From: an uncultured bacterium
GTDB taxonomy: Bacteria > Chloroflexota > UBA5177 > JANWHV01
Direction of reading: 5' to 3'
DNA: 64,000 nt
Assembly: GCA_963729625.1 (NCBI GenBank)
Contig: CAVSOU010000011.1
Coordinates: 352,001-416,000 of the forward strand
In this document: one piece after another, positions 1 to 10,341 of the stretch
Layout of the letters: every line of letters begins with the position of its first letter
Position numbering within the stretch: position 1 is the stretch's first letter
The notes under the pieces: generated by a model
The model's database searches: none
What the model saw: the letters and a program-made list of their open reading frames with translations, nothing else
What the model was told of the DNA's origin: nothing
Program-made: the position numbers and the translations under genes

Positions 1-2
1 AC

Positions 3-662
3 ATTGCAGGCGTGTTGTGGTACCAGGGAGAATCAGATGCGTTGCCGCAGCAGGTCGATACCTACAGCGAGCGCATGACGAACCTCGTGTCCGCGCTGCG
101 GAACGATCTGGCACAGTCCGACCTGCCATTCTACGTCGTCCAACTTGGATGCGTGGCGTTTGGCGCCGAACAAGACGTGGACGGCTGGAACGGTATCAGA
201 GAGCTCCAGCGCACGTGGGCTGGAACTGTTGCCGGGACTGCTATGGTCCCCACTATCGACCTCGGACTGGACGATGTGGTTCACCTTGCCACGCAGGAGC
301 TTAAGCGCTTGGGTCGGCGCCTTGCGGCAGTTGCTGCCGGAGACCCGCCTCTTGCGGTTGCCCGCGTCACGGTCGACGGGCCGCGCATCGGTATCATAGT
401 GGATAACGTGCGCGGCGGGCTGCGCGCACAAGGGCGACCTGCAGGCTTCTCGCTGCGCGACAGAGGGGGGAAGGATCTCCTGGGCGTGTTCAAGGTCACC
501 CTGGAAGAGAACCGCGCTTGCCTCCACATCGACCTGAACTTGCTGCCGCCTGAGGCCTATCTGTGGTATGGATGTGGCCTCAATCCGTACTGCAATATCA
601 CCGATCTGACCGACGCGGCCCTGCCTGCTTTCGGTCCATGGCGTGTGGAGCTGCGGACATGA
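3..662 (+). CDS. Sialate O-acetylesterase / SGNH (SASA-type) carbohydrate esterase, 5' truncated by window edge
   Basis: WYQGESD block-III motif and DxxH (DVVH) catalytic motif; frame is open from the window start; lies upstream of a GH31 gene. Confidence 0.75.
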   Translation: MAGVLWYQGESDALPQQVDTYSERMTNLVSALRNDLAQSDLPFYVVQLGCVAFGAEQDVDGWNGIRELQRTWAGTVAGTAMVPTIDLGLDDVVHLATQELKRLGRRLAAVAAGDPPLAVARVTVDGPRIGIIVDNVRGGLRAQGRPAGFSLRDRGGKDLLGVFKVTLEENRACLHIDLNLLPPEAYLWYGCGLNPYCNITDLTDAALPAFGPWRVELRT

Positions 663-835
663 CGCCGGGGCCGGCAGTGGCAGTGCATGAGAGCTAGTAT
701 CCGCAGGCGGATCGTTGCATCGCTAGAGGATCGAATGTGCCATCCGTAGGCGGCCCCGCGACTGCCCGTGGTGCCGAGCAGGCTGGTATTCTCCCAGCCG
801 CGGCCCGTGCGTGTATTGCCAGAGGAAGTGAGTAG

Positions 836-3295
836 ATGCGAATTGAGCGGTGTGCTCGAACGCCTGAAGGCGTGATCCTCGAGACCACCAAGGGGCTGAT
901 CAAGATCGAACCGCGCGGCGCTGCCATTGTGCACGTGGTGTACACGGCGGGCGAGGCATTCAGCGAGAAGCAGAGCCTGGCGGTCCTGCCTGCCAGCGGG
1001 GCGCCCGTGGTCTGGGAGCTGGACGAGCTCCCCGATGCGCTCCACCTTCGCACCGCCGCATTGGACGTCGCCGTAGATCGCGCAACCGGCGCCTTCACCT
1101 ACCGCGATAAGCGCGGGAATCTGCTGGTCCGCGAACCAGAGCAGGGCGGCAAGACGCTCGTCCCGGTCGACGTCCTGAGGACGGTGTTCGACCCGGTGCC
1201 GGCGCTGCGGGTCGAACACACCGTCGATGGGGAGCGCGTGCGAGCGGAGGAGGCGCGGCAAGTGGTCGACCGCACCGCCTACCATGCGAAGCTGGACTTC
1301 GTGTGGAGCGAGGACGAGGCCCTCTACGGACTTGGGTCGCACGAAGAAGGCATCATGAACTTGCGGGGTACACACCAGTATCTGTACCAGCAGAACATGA
1401 AGGCGGTCGTGCCTGTCCTCGTCTCGACCAAGGGCTACGGCGTCCTGATGGACTGCTATTCGCTAATGACCTTCCACGACGACCAGCATGGGTCGTATCT
1501 GTGGACCGACGTGGACGATGAGCTCGACTTCTACTTCATCTACGGGCCCGCGCTCGACGCCGTCGTCGCCGGCTATCGAGAGCTGACCGGACGTGCACCC
1601 ATGCTCCCCAAGTGGGCCTTCGGGTACGTGCACTCTCAGCCCACGTACACCTCGCAGGACGAGCTGATCGCCGTCGTGCGAGCCTACCGCGAACGCCGGA
1701 TCCCGCTCGACGTGATCGTGCAGGACTACCTGTCCTGGCCGGGCACGTGGTGGGGCCAGAAATCGTTTGACCCCACGCGCTATCCGGATCCGGATGCCCT
1801 GGTGCAGCAATTGCATGATCTGCATGTCCGACTGATGGTCTCGATCTGGCCGAATATGACCAACGACGGGCCGAATCACCTGGAGATGCAGAAGCACCAG
1901 TGCCTCCTGGGCAATCGGTCCACCTACAATGCCTTCAGCCCTCTTGCTCGCGCGCTGTACTGGAAACAGGCGCATGATGGATTGTTCGCGCACGGCGTGG
2001 ACGCCTGGTGGTGCGACTGCACAGAGCCGTTTGAGGCCGACTGGAACGGTGAAGTGAAACGCGAGCCAGAGGAGCGCCTGCGAGTCAACACCGAGGAAGC
2101 CAAACGGTACCTGGACCCCGAACACATCAACGCCTATTCGCTGCTGCACGCAAAGGGCATGTACGATGGGCAGCGCGCCACCACGAACGACAAGCGCGTG
2201 CTAAATCTGACGCGTTCGTCGTACGCCGGCCAACACCGCTACGGCACCATCACCTGGTCGGGCGATACCGCCGCGAGCTGGGAGACTCTGCGCCGCCAGA
2301 TTCCTGCCGGTCTCAACTTCTGTGCCGCCGGCGAGCCCTATTGGACGCTCGATATCGGCGCATTCTTCGTTGCAAAGCGGGAGCAGTGGTTCTGGGATGG
2401 GCAGTACGACGCTGGCTGCGATGACCTCGGCTACCGCGAGCTCTACGTTCGCTGGTTTCAGCTGGGGACGTTTCTGCCCATGTTCCGCGCGCACGGCACG
2501 GACACACCACGCGAAGTATGGCGGTTCGGCGAACCCGGCTCGATGTTCTACGATGCGTTGGTGAGCTTCATCCATCTGCGTTACCGGCTGCTGCCGTATA
2601 TCTACTCAGTGGCAGGCTGGATAACCCAATCGGCATACACGATGCTGCGCGCGTTGCCCTTCGATTTCCGCCTTGACCCCACGACATACGACATCTGCGA
2701 CGAGTTCATGTTTGGACCCGCATTCCTCGTCTGTCCGGTGACCACGCCAATGTACTATGGCGCCGGCTCGAAAGAGCTCAAGCGTACCGGCAGGATACGA
2801 CCGGTGTACTTGCCGGCCGGCACTGACTGGTACGACTACTGGACCAATGCGCGGTACGCTGGCGGACAGTGGATCGATGCCGAGGCGCCGCTGGATCGTC
2901 TGCCGCTGTACGTGCGGGCAGGTTCCATCGTACCGACGGGTCCCAGAGTCCAGCACACCGGCGAGCGATCGGACAGCCTCGAGCCGAGTATTTATGCCGG
3001 GCAGGACGCCGACTTCGATCTGTACGATGACGAAGGCGACAACTACAACTATGAGGGCGGAGCCTTCGAGGTCATTCCAGTGCACTGGGACGATCGTCAG
3101 TGCGTCCTGACCATCGGCGCTCGGAGGGGTACGTACCCGGGCATGCCAAGCCTGAGGAAGTTCAGTGTCATGGTGATCGGGCCAGAGCAGGTCACCTCGT
3201 CTGGGAGACACTGCGGTTCAGATACGTGCATTGAGTATGATGGCTCCTGCCTGGTGCTCCCGCTAGTATCAAAGGGCTCCGGATCGGAGGCATAA
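836..3295 (+). CDS. Glycoside hydrolase family 31 (alpha-xylosidase/alpha-glucosidase-like)
   Basis: YGLG, PKWAFG, IPLDVIVQD, WWCDCTEP nucleophile region, WSGD acid/base, PMFRAHG, VYLPAG motifs; 819 aa. Confidence 0.93.
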   Translation: MRIERCARTPEGVILETTKGLIKIEPRGAAIVHVVYTAGEAFSEKQSLAVLPASGAPVVWELDELPDALHLRTAALDVAVDRATGAFTYRDKRGNLLVREPEQGGKTLVPVDVLRTVFDPVPALRVEHTVDGERVRAEEARQVVDRTAYHAKLDFVWSEDEALYGLGSHEEGIMNLRGTHQYLYQQNMKAVVPVLVSTKGYGVLMDCYSLMTFHDDQHGSYLWTDVDDELDFYFIYGPALDAVVAGYRELTGRAPMLPKWAFGYVHSQPTYTSQDELIAVVRAYRERRIPLDVIVQDYLSWPGTWWGQKSFDPTRYPDPDALVQQLHDLHVRLMVSIWPNMTNDGPNHLEMQKHQCLLGNRSTYNAFSPLARALYWKQAHDGLFAHGVDAWWCDCTEPFEADWNGEVKREPEERLRVNTEEAKRYLDPEHINAYSLLHAKGMYDGQRATTNDKRVLNLTRSSYAGQHRYGTITWSGDTAASWETLRRQIPAGLNFCAAGEPYWTLDIGAFFVAKREQWFWDGQYDAGCDDLGYRELYVRWFQLGTFLPMFRAHGTDTPREVWRFGEPGSMFYDALVSFIHLRYRLLPYIYSVAGWITQSAYTMLRALPFDFRLDPTTYDICDEFMFGPAFLVCPVTTPMYYGAGSKELKRTGRIRPVYLPAGTDWYDYWTNARYAGGQWIDAEAPLDRLPLYVRAGSIVPTGPRVQHTGERSDSLEPSIYAGQDADFDLYDDEGDNYNYEGGAFEVIPVHWDDRQCVLTIGARRGTYPGMPSLRKFSVMVIGPEQVTSSGRHCGSDTCIEYDGSCLVLPLVSKGSGSEA

Positions 3296-3673
3296 GGTCG
3301 CTGGAGTGCTCGTCCTAGATGTCTCTGCCCAGTGTCTATCGCCGTCCGTCGCTCTCTGGACGTGATAGATTCCGGCCGCATTGGTAGACAGAATGCGCCG
3401 ACTCTCGTGTCAGTCCATGAGCAGCGAGGTCGGTACCGGCAACGCCTGGCGTCCAGAGAGATGCATCAGTGCCCGTGGCTATCAATACTCTGCGTCATGG
3501 CCAAGGCTTGCTTGAAGCGGCAATAACGCCAACGCACGACTACACCTGTGAGACCGATTCCTTCGAGATACGTTCGTCTCATGGTGAAGTGCACATATGT
3601 GTCAAGCGAATTCTGGCAGAGCGTCAGGCCGTCGCCCTGCCGCTGGAAAGGTCAAGGTACGGCGCGGTAGACC

Positions 3674-5083
3674 TTACGCCATCGTCTTGTTGTTGCGTTT
3701 CCCATCGAACGACAGTCGCACCTTCTTGCCATCGATCACGGTCTCGAGATGCACTGTCCGGTTCCAGATAGCATACGTATGCTGGAGCGTCTTTTCGGCG
3801 TAACGGATGTCCAGCTCGGAGACGTCGAAGCGGTGTTCAAGATACAGCTCTCGATTACCGCGATAGTCGCCGTCAGCGACCACGATCACCGGCAGGCCGA
3901 AGTTGTCCAGGCTGGCAACAAGTGCGTCGCGGACGTTTCGCCAATCCGTGTCCGCAACTTGCCACTCGTCATCCACCAGCTTATAGGTGTAGAGGTCGAG
4001 ATCGCGCACCAGGTCCTCGGTGAGATACTTGCGCAGCAGCGTCTGATCGCTTTCCATCTCGCGCACTTCGAACAGCTTTGATCGTCCCTGACCGAGTGTC
4101 CTGCCGAGGTGTTCCTGTTCCTCTGTCGTCGGACTGTCCCAGCGGCGCTCAATGTCTTCGAGCACTTTGAAGCCGAGATAGTATGGGTTCACCCGCATCC
4201 GTCCGCTCGGCGATACGACTCCCGCGTGCATGCGGGCAAACGCTGCGTGCTCTGCCGGGGGCAGATCAAGCGCCTCCATGATCCGATAATGCCAGTAGCT
4301 GGCCCAGCCTTCGTTGATGATCTTCGTCTGCATCTGAGGCAGAAAGTAGAGCATCTCCTCACGCACAATGGCCAGGACGTCCCGCTGCCAGTCATCGAGG
4401 TCCTGGGCATGGGCGGCAAGAAAATAGAGCAGGTCGTGTTCGGGGTGCTCGGGCACCTTCTTGCCGCGACCAGGCTTCTCGGCCTTCGCCGGCGCTTCGC
4501 CCAGGGTGAGCATATCCTCGTACGGCGACCCACGGCTGGATTCCGACGGTTTCGTCTGTTCGGCGTGCCACCCAGGTTGGTTGTCGGGACTTAGCGAGAC
4601 ATGCTCTTTCAGGGATAACACGGCGTCCAGGAATTGCTCGACGGAACGCGGACCGTGCTCAAACTCGTAGCGTGCCACGCGATCGGCGTGGGCACTGACC
4701 GTCTCTGGCATCTTCCGATTGGTATGGCCAAAGTACGCGTTGTTCTTGAAGAAATCAGTGTGGCCGAGCACGTGAGCCATCACCATCTTGTTCTCGAGGG
4801 CATCGTTTGTGTCGAGAAGGAAGGCCTGTGATGGGTTGGCGTTGACGACCAGCTCGTAGATCTTGGACAAGCCGTAATCGTACATGGTCTTCATGTTGTA
4901 GAACGCTTTGCCGTGGGTCCAGTGACTGAAGCGGCCAGGTATGCCGTAGGCGCCGAACTCATACATGATCGACGCGGGCACGATCTCGAAGTGCGTGGGA
5001 AACGGATCCAGCCCGAACGACCCGGCAACATCCCATACTGCTTGCATCGTCGCTTCAGGATTTGGATCGGTGCGCACTGGCAT
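3674..5083 (-). CDS. spoVR: SpoVR/YcgB family protein
   Basis: GIPGRFSHWTHGK, KIYELVVN, AHVLGHTDFFKNN, TKIINEGWASYWH, NPYYLG motifs; start placed at ATG 5083, which overlaps the upstream stop (TGATG). Confidence 0.92.
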   Translation of the reverse strand: MPVRTDPNPEATMQAVWDVAGSFGLDPFPTHFEIVPASIMYEFGAYGIPGRFSHWTHGKAFYNMKTMYDYGLSKIYELVVNANPSQAFLLDTNDALENKMVMAHVLGHTDFFKNNAYFGHTNRKMPETVSAHADRVARYEFEHGPRSVEQFLDAVLSLKEHVSLSPDNQPGWHAEQTKPSESSRGSPYEDMLTLGEAPAKAEKPGRGKKVPEHPEHDLLYFLAAHAQDLDDWQRDVLAIVREEMLYFLPQMQTKIINEGWASYWHYRIMEALDLPPAEHAAFARMHAGVVSPSGRMRVNPYYLGFKVLEDIERRWDSPTTEEQEHLGRTLGQGRSKLFEVREMESDQTLLRKYLTEDLVRDLDLYTYKLVDDEWQVADTDWRNVRDALVASLDNFGLPVIVVADGDYRGNRELYLEHRFDVSELDIRYAEKTLQHTYAIWNRTVHLETVIDGKKVRLSFDGKRNNKTMA

Positions 5084-6306
5084 CAGACTGAGCCTACACG
5101 TTTGGCGAAGAACTTCTTGAGCGCCGCATAGACGTCCTCTTTCCCTTTGATCGTCACCGCGACGAATTCGGGGGCAGTGATCTCGGACAGTGCGGACATA
5201 AGCGTGCTGGTCGACCACCGGCCATACGACTGCTCCTTGATCTCGCCGTAGCCGAAGAGATTGCACCGCTCGACGAGCGACTTAACCAGCGTAACGCAGG
5301 CGGCATTGTCTTCGTCGCTCCAATTGTCGCCGTCACTGAAGTGGAACGGATAGATGTTCCAGCGATCGGCCGGAAATCGCTCCTCGATGATCTTGTCACA
5401 CAGTTTGTACGCGGTAGAAACACGAGTGCCGCCTCCCTCGCCAAGACTGAAGAACGCCTGCTCGTCGACCTCTTTTGCCTCCGTGTGGTGTGTGACAAAC
5501 ACAATCTGCACGCTTGAGTACTTCGTGCGCAGGAAACGAACCATCCAAAAATAGAACGCGCGCGTGATGTACTTCTCGAACTCACCCATGCTTCCGGAAA
5601 CGTCGCGCATGGCGATGACCACGGCGCTATGCCGCAGCTCCTTTGTCACATCCCAGGTGCGATAGCGAAGGTCATCGCGAGTGATTCTGAGGCCGCCTCC
5701 TGGCTTCGCGGCACCTGGGTCGTCCTCGGACGCGTCGCCTGCACGGTCCGGCGGCAAGGCCTGGAGGGCGCGCCCCATGGCCTGGCGCTTCATCGCCTGG
5801 AGAATGGACCGCTTCTTGTCGAGGTTGGGAAGGATGCCGACCTTACGCACGTCGTCGAAGCGCACGTGGTCAGACAGAACCTCTTGTTGGCCCTTGTCCT
5901 TCAAGTTCGGCAGGCCGAGGTCCGCAAAGATCATCTCGGCCAGCTCGTCGATCGTGAACTCAGTCTCATAATAGTCGACACCCGGCTGGTCGCCGGCGGT
6001 TCGTCCGCGCCCCGGCTGCTGCCTGGGCACCTGGCCGATTACATCGCCCGGCCTGCTGTCGCCCTGACCCTGGCCGACACCACCCTTCTTGAACGGATCG
6101 AAGCGGAAGCTGTACTCCTCAAGTGACCGCACGGGTACCTTGACGATCTTCGTGCCGTCGCTCGTGATGATCGACTCGTTGGAGATAATCTCGCCGAGAT
6201 GATCCTTGATCGCCTCCCGGACCTTCTGCTGGTGACGCGCCTGATCCTTGGGCCCCTTTCGGTGCAGGCTCCAATCGCTCTCGCTGATACTCATGGTCGT
6301 TGTCAT
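5083..6306 (-). CDS. yhbH: YhbH/YeaH (DUF444) vWA-domain protein
   Basis: DWSLHRKG..DQARH N-terminus, MIDAS-like DVSGSM, YPFHFSDGDNW; located between prkA and spoVR; start uncertain (6306 or 6294). Confidence 0.9.
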   Translation of the reverse strand: MTTTMSISESDWSLHRKGPKDQARHQQKVREAIKDHLGEIISNESIITSDGTKIVKVPVRSLEEYSFRFDPFKKGGVGQGQGDSRPGDVIGQVPRQQPGRGRTAGDQPGVDYYETEFTIDELAEMIFADLGLPNLKDKGQQEVLSDHVRFDDVRKVGILPNLDKKRSILQAMKRQAMGRALQALPPDRAGDASEDDPGAAKPGGGLRITRDDLRYRTWDVTKELRHSAVVIAMRDVSGSMGEFEKYITRAFYFWMVRFLRTKYSSVQIVFVTHHTEAKEVDEQAFFSLGEGGGTRVSTAYKLCDKIIEERFPADRWNIYPFHFSDGDNWSDEDNAACVTLVKSLVERCNLFGYGEIKEQSYGRWSTSTLMSALSEITAPEFVAVTIKGKEDVYAALKKFFAKRVGSV

Positions 6307-6379
6307 TGGTATGGTTTGGCCCCGATCTCCACTCACGCCGGCGCGGGCGCCTCGCGCCATCTCACAGGCCCTCGCGAAT

Positions 6380-8284
6380 CTAGCGATTCAACAGAGCGCC
6401 TACGTAGCCGAGCAGATCTCGCGCGCATACGGCACAGTAGTTGTGCTCGGCCATAAGTCGATCCACCACTTCGTTGATCCGGCGGAGCTGCTCTGCATCC
6501 GGCGTCTTCGTCGAAGTCGTGATCTTGATCACGTCCTTCAAGTCGGCGAAGAGCTTCTTCTCGATTGCTTCCTTCAAGCGCTCGTCGCTGGTGTATTCGA
6601 AGGCCTTGCCATGGCGAGCCAGGCTCGCCATGGACATCAAGACACTCTCGCGGAAAGTCTGCTTTGCGTTGTCCGTAACTCCTATCTGCTCTTCGATCGA
6701 ACGCATGAGCTTCTCATCCGCATCGATCGGCTCATCGGTCAACGGGTCCTTGAGCTTTTCTTTCCGGCAGAATGCCTCGACATTGTCGAGGTAGTTGTTG
6801 AGCAGCGTATGCGCGGAATCCTCAAACGCGTAGACAAACGCGCGCTGCACCTCCTTCTTCGCCAGCTCATCGTATTCCCGCCTGGCATCGGCCAGTATGT
6901 TCAGGTACTTCTCGCGCTCGTCCTTGCTGAAGGCGGTGTGCTGATCAAAGCCGTCGCGCAAGGCGCGGAGAGCGTTGATGGGATTGATGCACGTGATGCC
7001 CTGCTTGATCAGCGCGTTGCTGAGGCGATCGATGATGTAGCGCGGCGAGATGCCGTCCATCCCTTCACGCACTGCCTCTTCCTGCAGCTCCCGCACGTCT
7101 TTGAGCTTCCAACCTTCGACTTCCTCCCCGTCATAGAGCTTCATCTTCTTGACGAGGCTCATGTTCGCCTTCTTGGAGGGCTCGAGGCGCGAAAGCACCG
7201 CAAAGGTCGAGGCCACCCGGAGGGTGTGCGGTGCTATGTGCACGTTGCTGATGTTGCTCTGTTGGAGAAGCTTCTGGTAGATTCGCTCTTCCTCGGACAC
7301 ACGAAGGTTGTACGGCACCCGAATGAGGATGATGCGATCCTGCAGCGCCTCGGACTTCGGATTGCCGACGAAGCTCTTGTATTCATTCTCGTTCGTATGC
7401 CCCAGCACGACCTCGTCGGCGTACACCAACGAGAATCGCCCGGTCTTGATGTTCTGCTCCTGGGTCAGCGTCAGCAGCACGTACAGCAGCTTCTCATCCG
7501 CCTTAAGCACTTCGATCAGCTCAACGATGCCGCGGTTGGCCACGTTGAGCTCGCCGTCGAACCGGTATGCGCGTGGATCGGACTCCACGCCGACATCGCC
7601 GATGGTCGAAAGATCGATGGAGCCAACCAGCTCGGAGACGTCCTGGCTCTTGGGATCGCTCGGCACGAACGTACCCAACCCGACGCGGTGCTCGGAGTCG
7701 AACACGACACGCTCCACGGGGACACGGTAGATATCGCCGTCGTACTTGTTTCTCAGGCTAAACGCGCAGGCAGGGCAGAGCGATCCCTCGACGTACAGAC
7801 CGAAATCGCGCAGCAAATCCGCGCGCATCTCGCGCGGTATCAGATGCAGCGGCTCCTCATGCATTGGACAGCCCGTAATGCCGTACAAGGCACCGCGAGT
7901 CGTACGCGTGTAGCGCTCGAGTCCTTCGCGCAGCATGATTGCTATCGTCGACTTGCCGCCACCGACCGGGCCCATGAGGAGCAGGATGCGCTTGCGCGGC
8001 TCCAGTCGGGCGGCCGCGGCGCTGAAATACTCCACGACCTGGGCAATCGGCTTCTCAAGTCCAAACAGCTGTTTCGCGAAGAACTTGTAGCGCGGCTGCC
8101 TGTCTGGACCATCTTCAACGCCATCTTCCATAACCATGTCGTGCACGCGCGCATGTGCAAGCTGCGCGACATGAGGGTTCTTGACCGCTATATCGAGGTA
8201 CTGTTCGAAGGTGCCGGACCAGTTCAGTTCTTTCTGGTGCTGCCGGAACGCTTCGAGGCGGGCACGGACTTCACCAGTGTCCAA
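6380..8284 (-). CDS. prkA: PrkA/YeaG AAA+ ATPase (annotated serine kinase family)
   Basis: Walker A GPVGGGKS, CPMHEEPL, SDPRAYRFDGELNVANRG, EGMDGISPR; TTG start with AAAGGTGG SD. Confidence 0.93.
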   Translation of the reverse strand: MDTGEVRARLEAFRQHQKELNWSGTFEQYLDIAVKNPHVAQLAHARVHDMVMEDGVEDGPDRQPRYKFFAKQLFGLEKPIAQVVEYFSAAAARLEPRKRILLLMGPVGGGKSTIAIMLREGLERYTRTTRGALYGITGCPMHEEPLHLIPREMRADLLRDFGLYVEGSLCPACAFSLRNKYDGDIYRVPVERVVFDSEHRVGLGTFVPSDPKSQDVSELVGSIDLSTIGDVGVESDPRAYRFDGELNVANRGIVELIEVLKADEKLLYVLLTLTQEQNIKTGRFSLVYADEVVLGHTNENEYKSFVGNPKSEALQDRIILIRVPYNLRVSEEERIYQKLLQQSNISNVHIAPHTLRVASTFAVLSRLEPSKKANMSLVKKMKLYDGEEVEGWKLKDVRELQEEAVREGMDGISPRYIIDRLSNALIKQGITCINPINALRALRDGFDQHTAFSKDEREKYLNILADARREYDELAKKEVQRAFVYAFEDSAHTLLNNYLDNVEAFCRKEKLKDPLTDEPIDADEKLMRSIEEQIGVTDNAKQTFRESVLMSMASLARHGKAFEYTSDERLKEAIEKKLFADLKDVIKITTSTKTPDAEQLRRINEVVDRLMAEHNYCAVCARDLLGYVGALLNR

Positions 8285-8300
8285 ACTCGTCCACCTTTCT

Positions 8301-8681
8301 TTACTCCAGGTCGAGCGTGATGCGGAGCGCCGAGTCGACCTGGACCATCGCCACCTCGCTCAATTCCCCGAGGTGGTGAACCAGTTGCTCGCGAGCGATT
8401 GCCCGCAGCTGACCGGTCAGGACCACGCTGTCAGACGTCAACCCTCCTTCCGGCGCCGCTACACGCACGTCGCTTGGATACGTCTGGCCCACGGTGGCCG
8501 CGTCGACAATCGGACACACAATGACCACGGCGCTGTGCCGATTGATGGCCTCGCGACTAACCAACACGACCGGCCTGAGAATGGCGAACGGCACGTCGCC
8601 TCGTTCCCATTTCTCCACCAACGCGCGCTCGAGGCGCTGTGCGCCCCCCTGCGACACGAGATACACGGCCCCCCGTTTCAC
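8301..8681 (-). CDS. PemK/MazF-family type II toxin (endoribonuclease)
   Basis: (M)KRGAVYLV...RPVVLVS..AIN....VIVCPI.....YPSDV....EGGL..DSVV...QLRAI....L...LG.L fits the PemK fold; GTG start overlaps the antitoxin stop (GTGA at 8678-8681). Confidence 0.85.
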   Translation of the reverse strand: MKRGAVYLVSQGGAQRLERALVEKWERGDVPFAILRPVVLVSREAINRHSAVVIVCPIVDAATVGQTYPSDVRVAAPEGGLTSDSVVLTGQLRAIAREQLVHHLGELSEVAMVQVDSALRITLDLE

Positions 8682-8968
8682 GGCGATCGGTCCCCTGCTT
8701 CCGCTATCTGGTCGTCTTGCCCAGCAAACTCCTGAAGGACCTGCCTGTTCAGCTCCCTGTAGCTCGCGTCGGTCTCCATGGCAGCGAACTGCCTGTCGAT
8801 CAACTCTCGGTCGAGCTGATCCAGATAGTCTGCCAACGCTGTCGTAAACAGCGAGTTCTGATTCTTCGCCAAACCCCTGTCCACAATGTCGCGCGAGCGA
8901 TCCAATAGCTCCCGCGGCAAGTCGACGGTCGTACGAATCCGTGCAGGCTGCTCGATCAGGTGTTTCAC
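8678..8968 (-). CDS. Ribbon-helix-helix antitoxin (cognate of the MazF-like toxin)
   Basis: RIRTTVDLPRELL RHH beta-strand/helix, acidic C-terminus; translationally coupled upstream of the toxin; GGAGG SD; start 8968 or 8986. Confidence 0.75.
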   Translation of the reverse strand: MKHLIEQPARIRTTVDLPRELLDRSRDIVDRGLAKNQNSLFTTALADYLDQLDRELIDRQFAAMETDASYRELNRQVLQEFAGQDDQIAEAGDRSP

Positions 8969-9040
8969 GCTGCGCCACTCCTCCAAAGGTCCTACCTGCT
9001 TTCACCCTACCACGATCTGCAGAACCAGACTATGGACATG

Positions 9041-9071
9041 TTGCTAGCAATTTCGCTAGCAGATCATACCA
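9041..9071 (-). promoter_or_regulatory. Extended -10 (TGgTATGAT) followed by GCTAGC palindromes; putative TA autoregulatory operator
   Basis: Perfect palindrome TTGCTAGCAA at 9041-9050 and a second GCTAGC at 9055-9060, just downstream of TATGAT (9063-9068, minus strand). Confidence 0.5.
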
Positions 9072-9549
9072 CGCATTCGCCTAGCATGTTCCGCGCGACC
9101 CGGCGCGCCGCCCAGTCGCCCAGCGTGTCAGTGGCCCGGCCAGGCACGGTGGTGGCAAAACGACGACCTAGGTAGAGCTCGAGGCGAGTTCGTAAGGCGA
9201 CGTGCTGTTCAACCCACGGGGACAGGCTGATCGGGATCCGAGTCAACACCCCGCTGATTGATAGTTTCGACGTCGGTTCCGGGCACCGTACCGCCGCGCC
9301 TGGGTCCCCGTTCACGGCCCAGGCTCTCGGGCCTTTTGGCAGCGAGTTTCAGCCTACTAACCCGCAAATTGACGGCGCCCGATATGCACGGCCTGGACGC
9401 GCGTGTCGCTCATCGTCCTGGCGTTCACGGGTGCTGCCATGAATGCAGTGGGGATCAAGACATGACCGGTCGCAAGCGCGGTATGCTGTTCGGGATACGC
9501 ATCGAGCTTGACAACGATTCTAAGGCTGACAGAGAGAAAGTGCAGCGGC

Positions 9550-10338
9550 ATGCCTGAAACGTTCCGAGACATTGTGCCGGCCATCGACGGCTTGGCGATC
9601 GACCGAGGTCTCCGGCTGTGGTGGCTTGGAGGCCCAAGCTACGTGATTCGCAGCCGGACGACCACCGTATACGTCGACCCCTACTACTCGGGGGACCGGG
9701 TGGGTCATCCCCTGGGTTTCGAGCGCGCCATACCGAATTACTTCCTGCCCGAGGACGTGACACGGGCCGATGTGATTATCTCGACGCACAATCACAATGA
9801 CCATTGCGATCAGCACACACTCAGCGTTCTGTGTGAGCACACCGCGGCCCGCATCGTGGCAGCACCATCATCAGCGCGAAAGATGGAAGCATGGCCGTTC
9901 ACCCTGGGCAGAGTGGACGAGTTTCCCCTCGGCACCTGCAAGACCTACGGCGATATCACGATCGAATCCTGGCCGGCAATGGACTGGGACGACGCCGGGG
10001 CGGCAACGTTCGTGCTCGCGCATGGCGGACGCTCAATCTTCGTCGGCGGCGATACGCTACTGTTCGAAGGGCTTGGCGAGGTCGCGGATCAGTATCAGAT
10101 CGACCTTGCAGTGCTCGCGCTCGCGCGAAACAGGCGGGATCTCATCGACGCCGAAGTCTACCTCGACCCGCAGGGGCTTGCCAGGGCGGCCGCGCTGTTG
10201 CGAGCTCGGCGAGTAATGCCCATCCACTGGGACATCTGGAAGGCGTGGGTCGAGGATCCGCGCACGGTGCTGCCGCATCTCGAGGGCACCTGCGTCGACC
10301 TTATCCTGCCCAGACCAGGAGAGCCCGTCGTGCTGTGA
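9550..10338 (+). CDS. MBL-fold metallo-hydrolase (UlaG-like)
   Basis: LWWLGG, VDPY, THNHNDH metal motif, GGDT, PIHWD. Confidence 0.85.
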   Translation: MPETFRDIVPAIDGLAIDRGLRLWWLGGPSYVIRSRTTTVYVDPYYSGDRVGHPLGFERAIPNYFLPEDVTRADVIISTHNHNDHCDQHTLSVLCEHTAARIVAAPSSARKMEAWPFTLGRVDEFPLGTCKTYGDITIESWPAMDWDDAGAATFVLAHGGRSIFVGGDTLLFEGLGEVADQYQIDLAVLALARNRRDLIDAEVYLDPQGLARAAALLRARRVMPIHWDIWKAWVEDPRTVLPHLEGTCVDLILPRPGEPVVL

Positions 10339-10341
10339 GGG

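Noticed and set aside
3296-3673. Short ORFs between GH31 and spoVR
   Set aside because: No coding signature or homology recognised
6248-8320. 690-aa plus-strand ORF
   Set aside because: Antisense shadow of prkA; no motifs; expected in high-GC coding DNA
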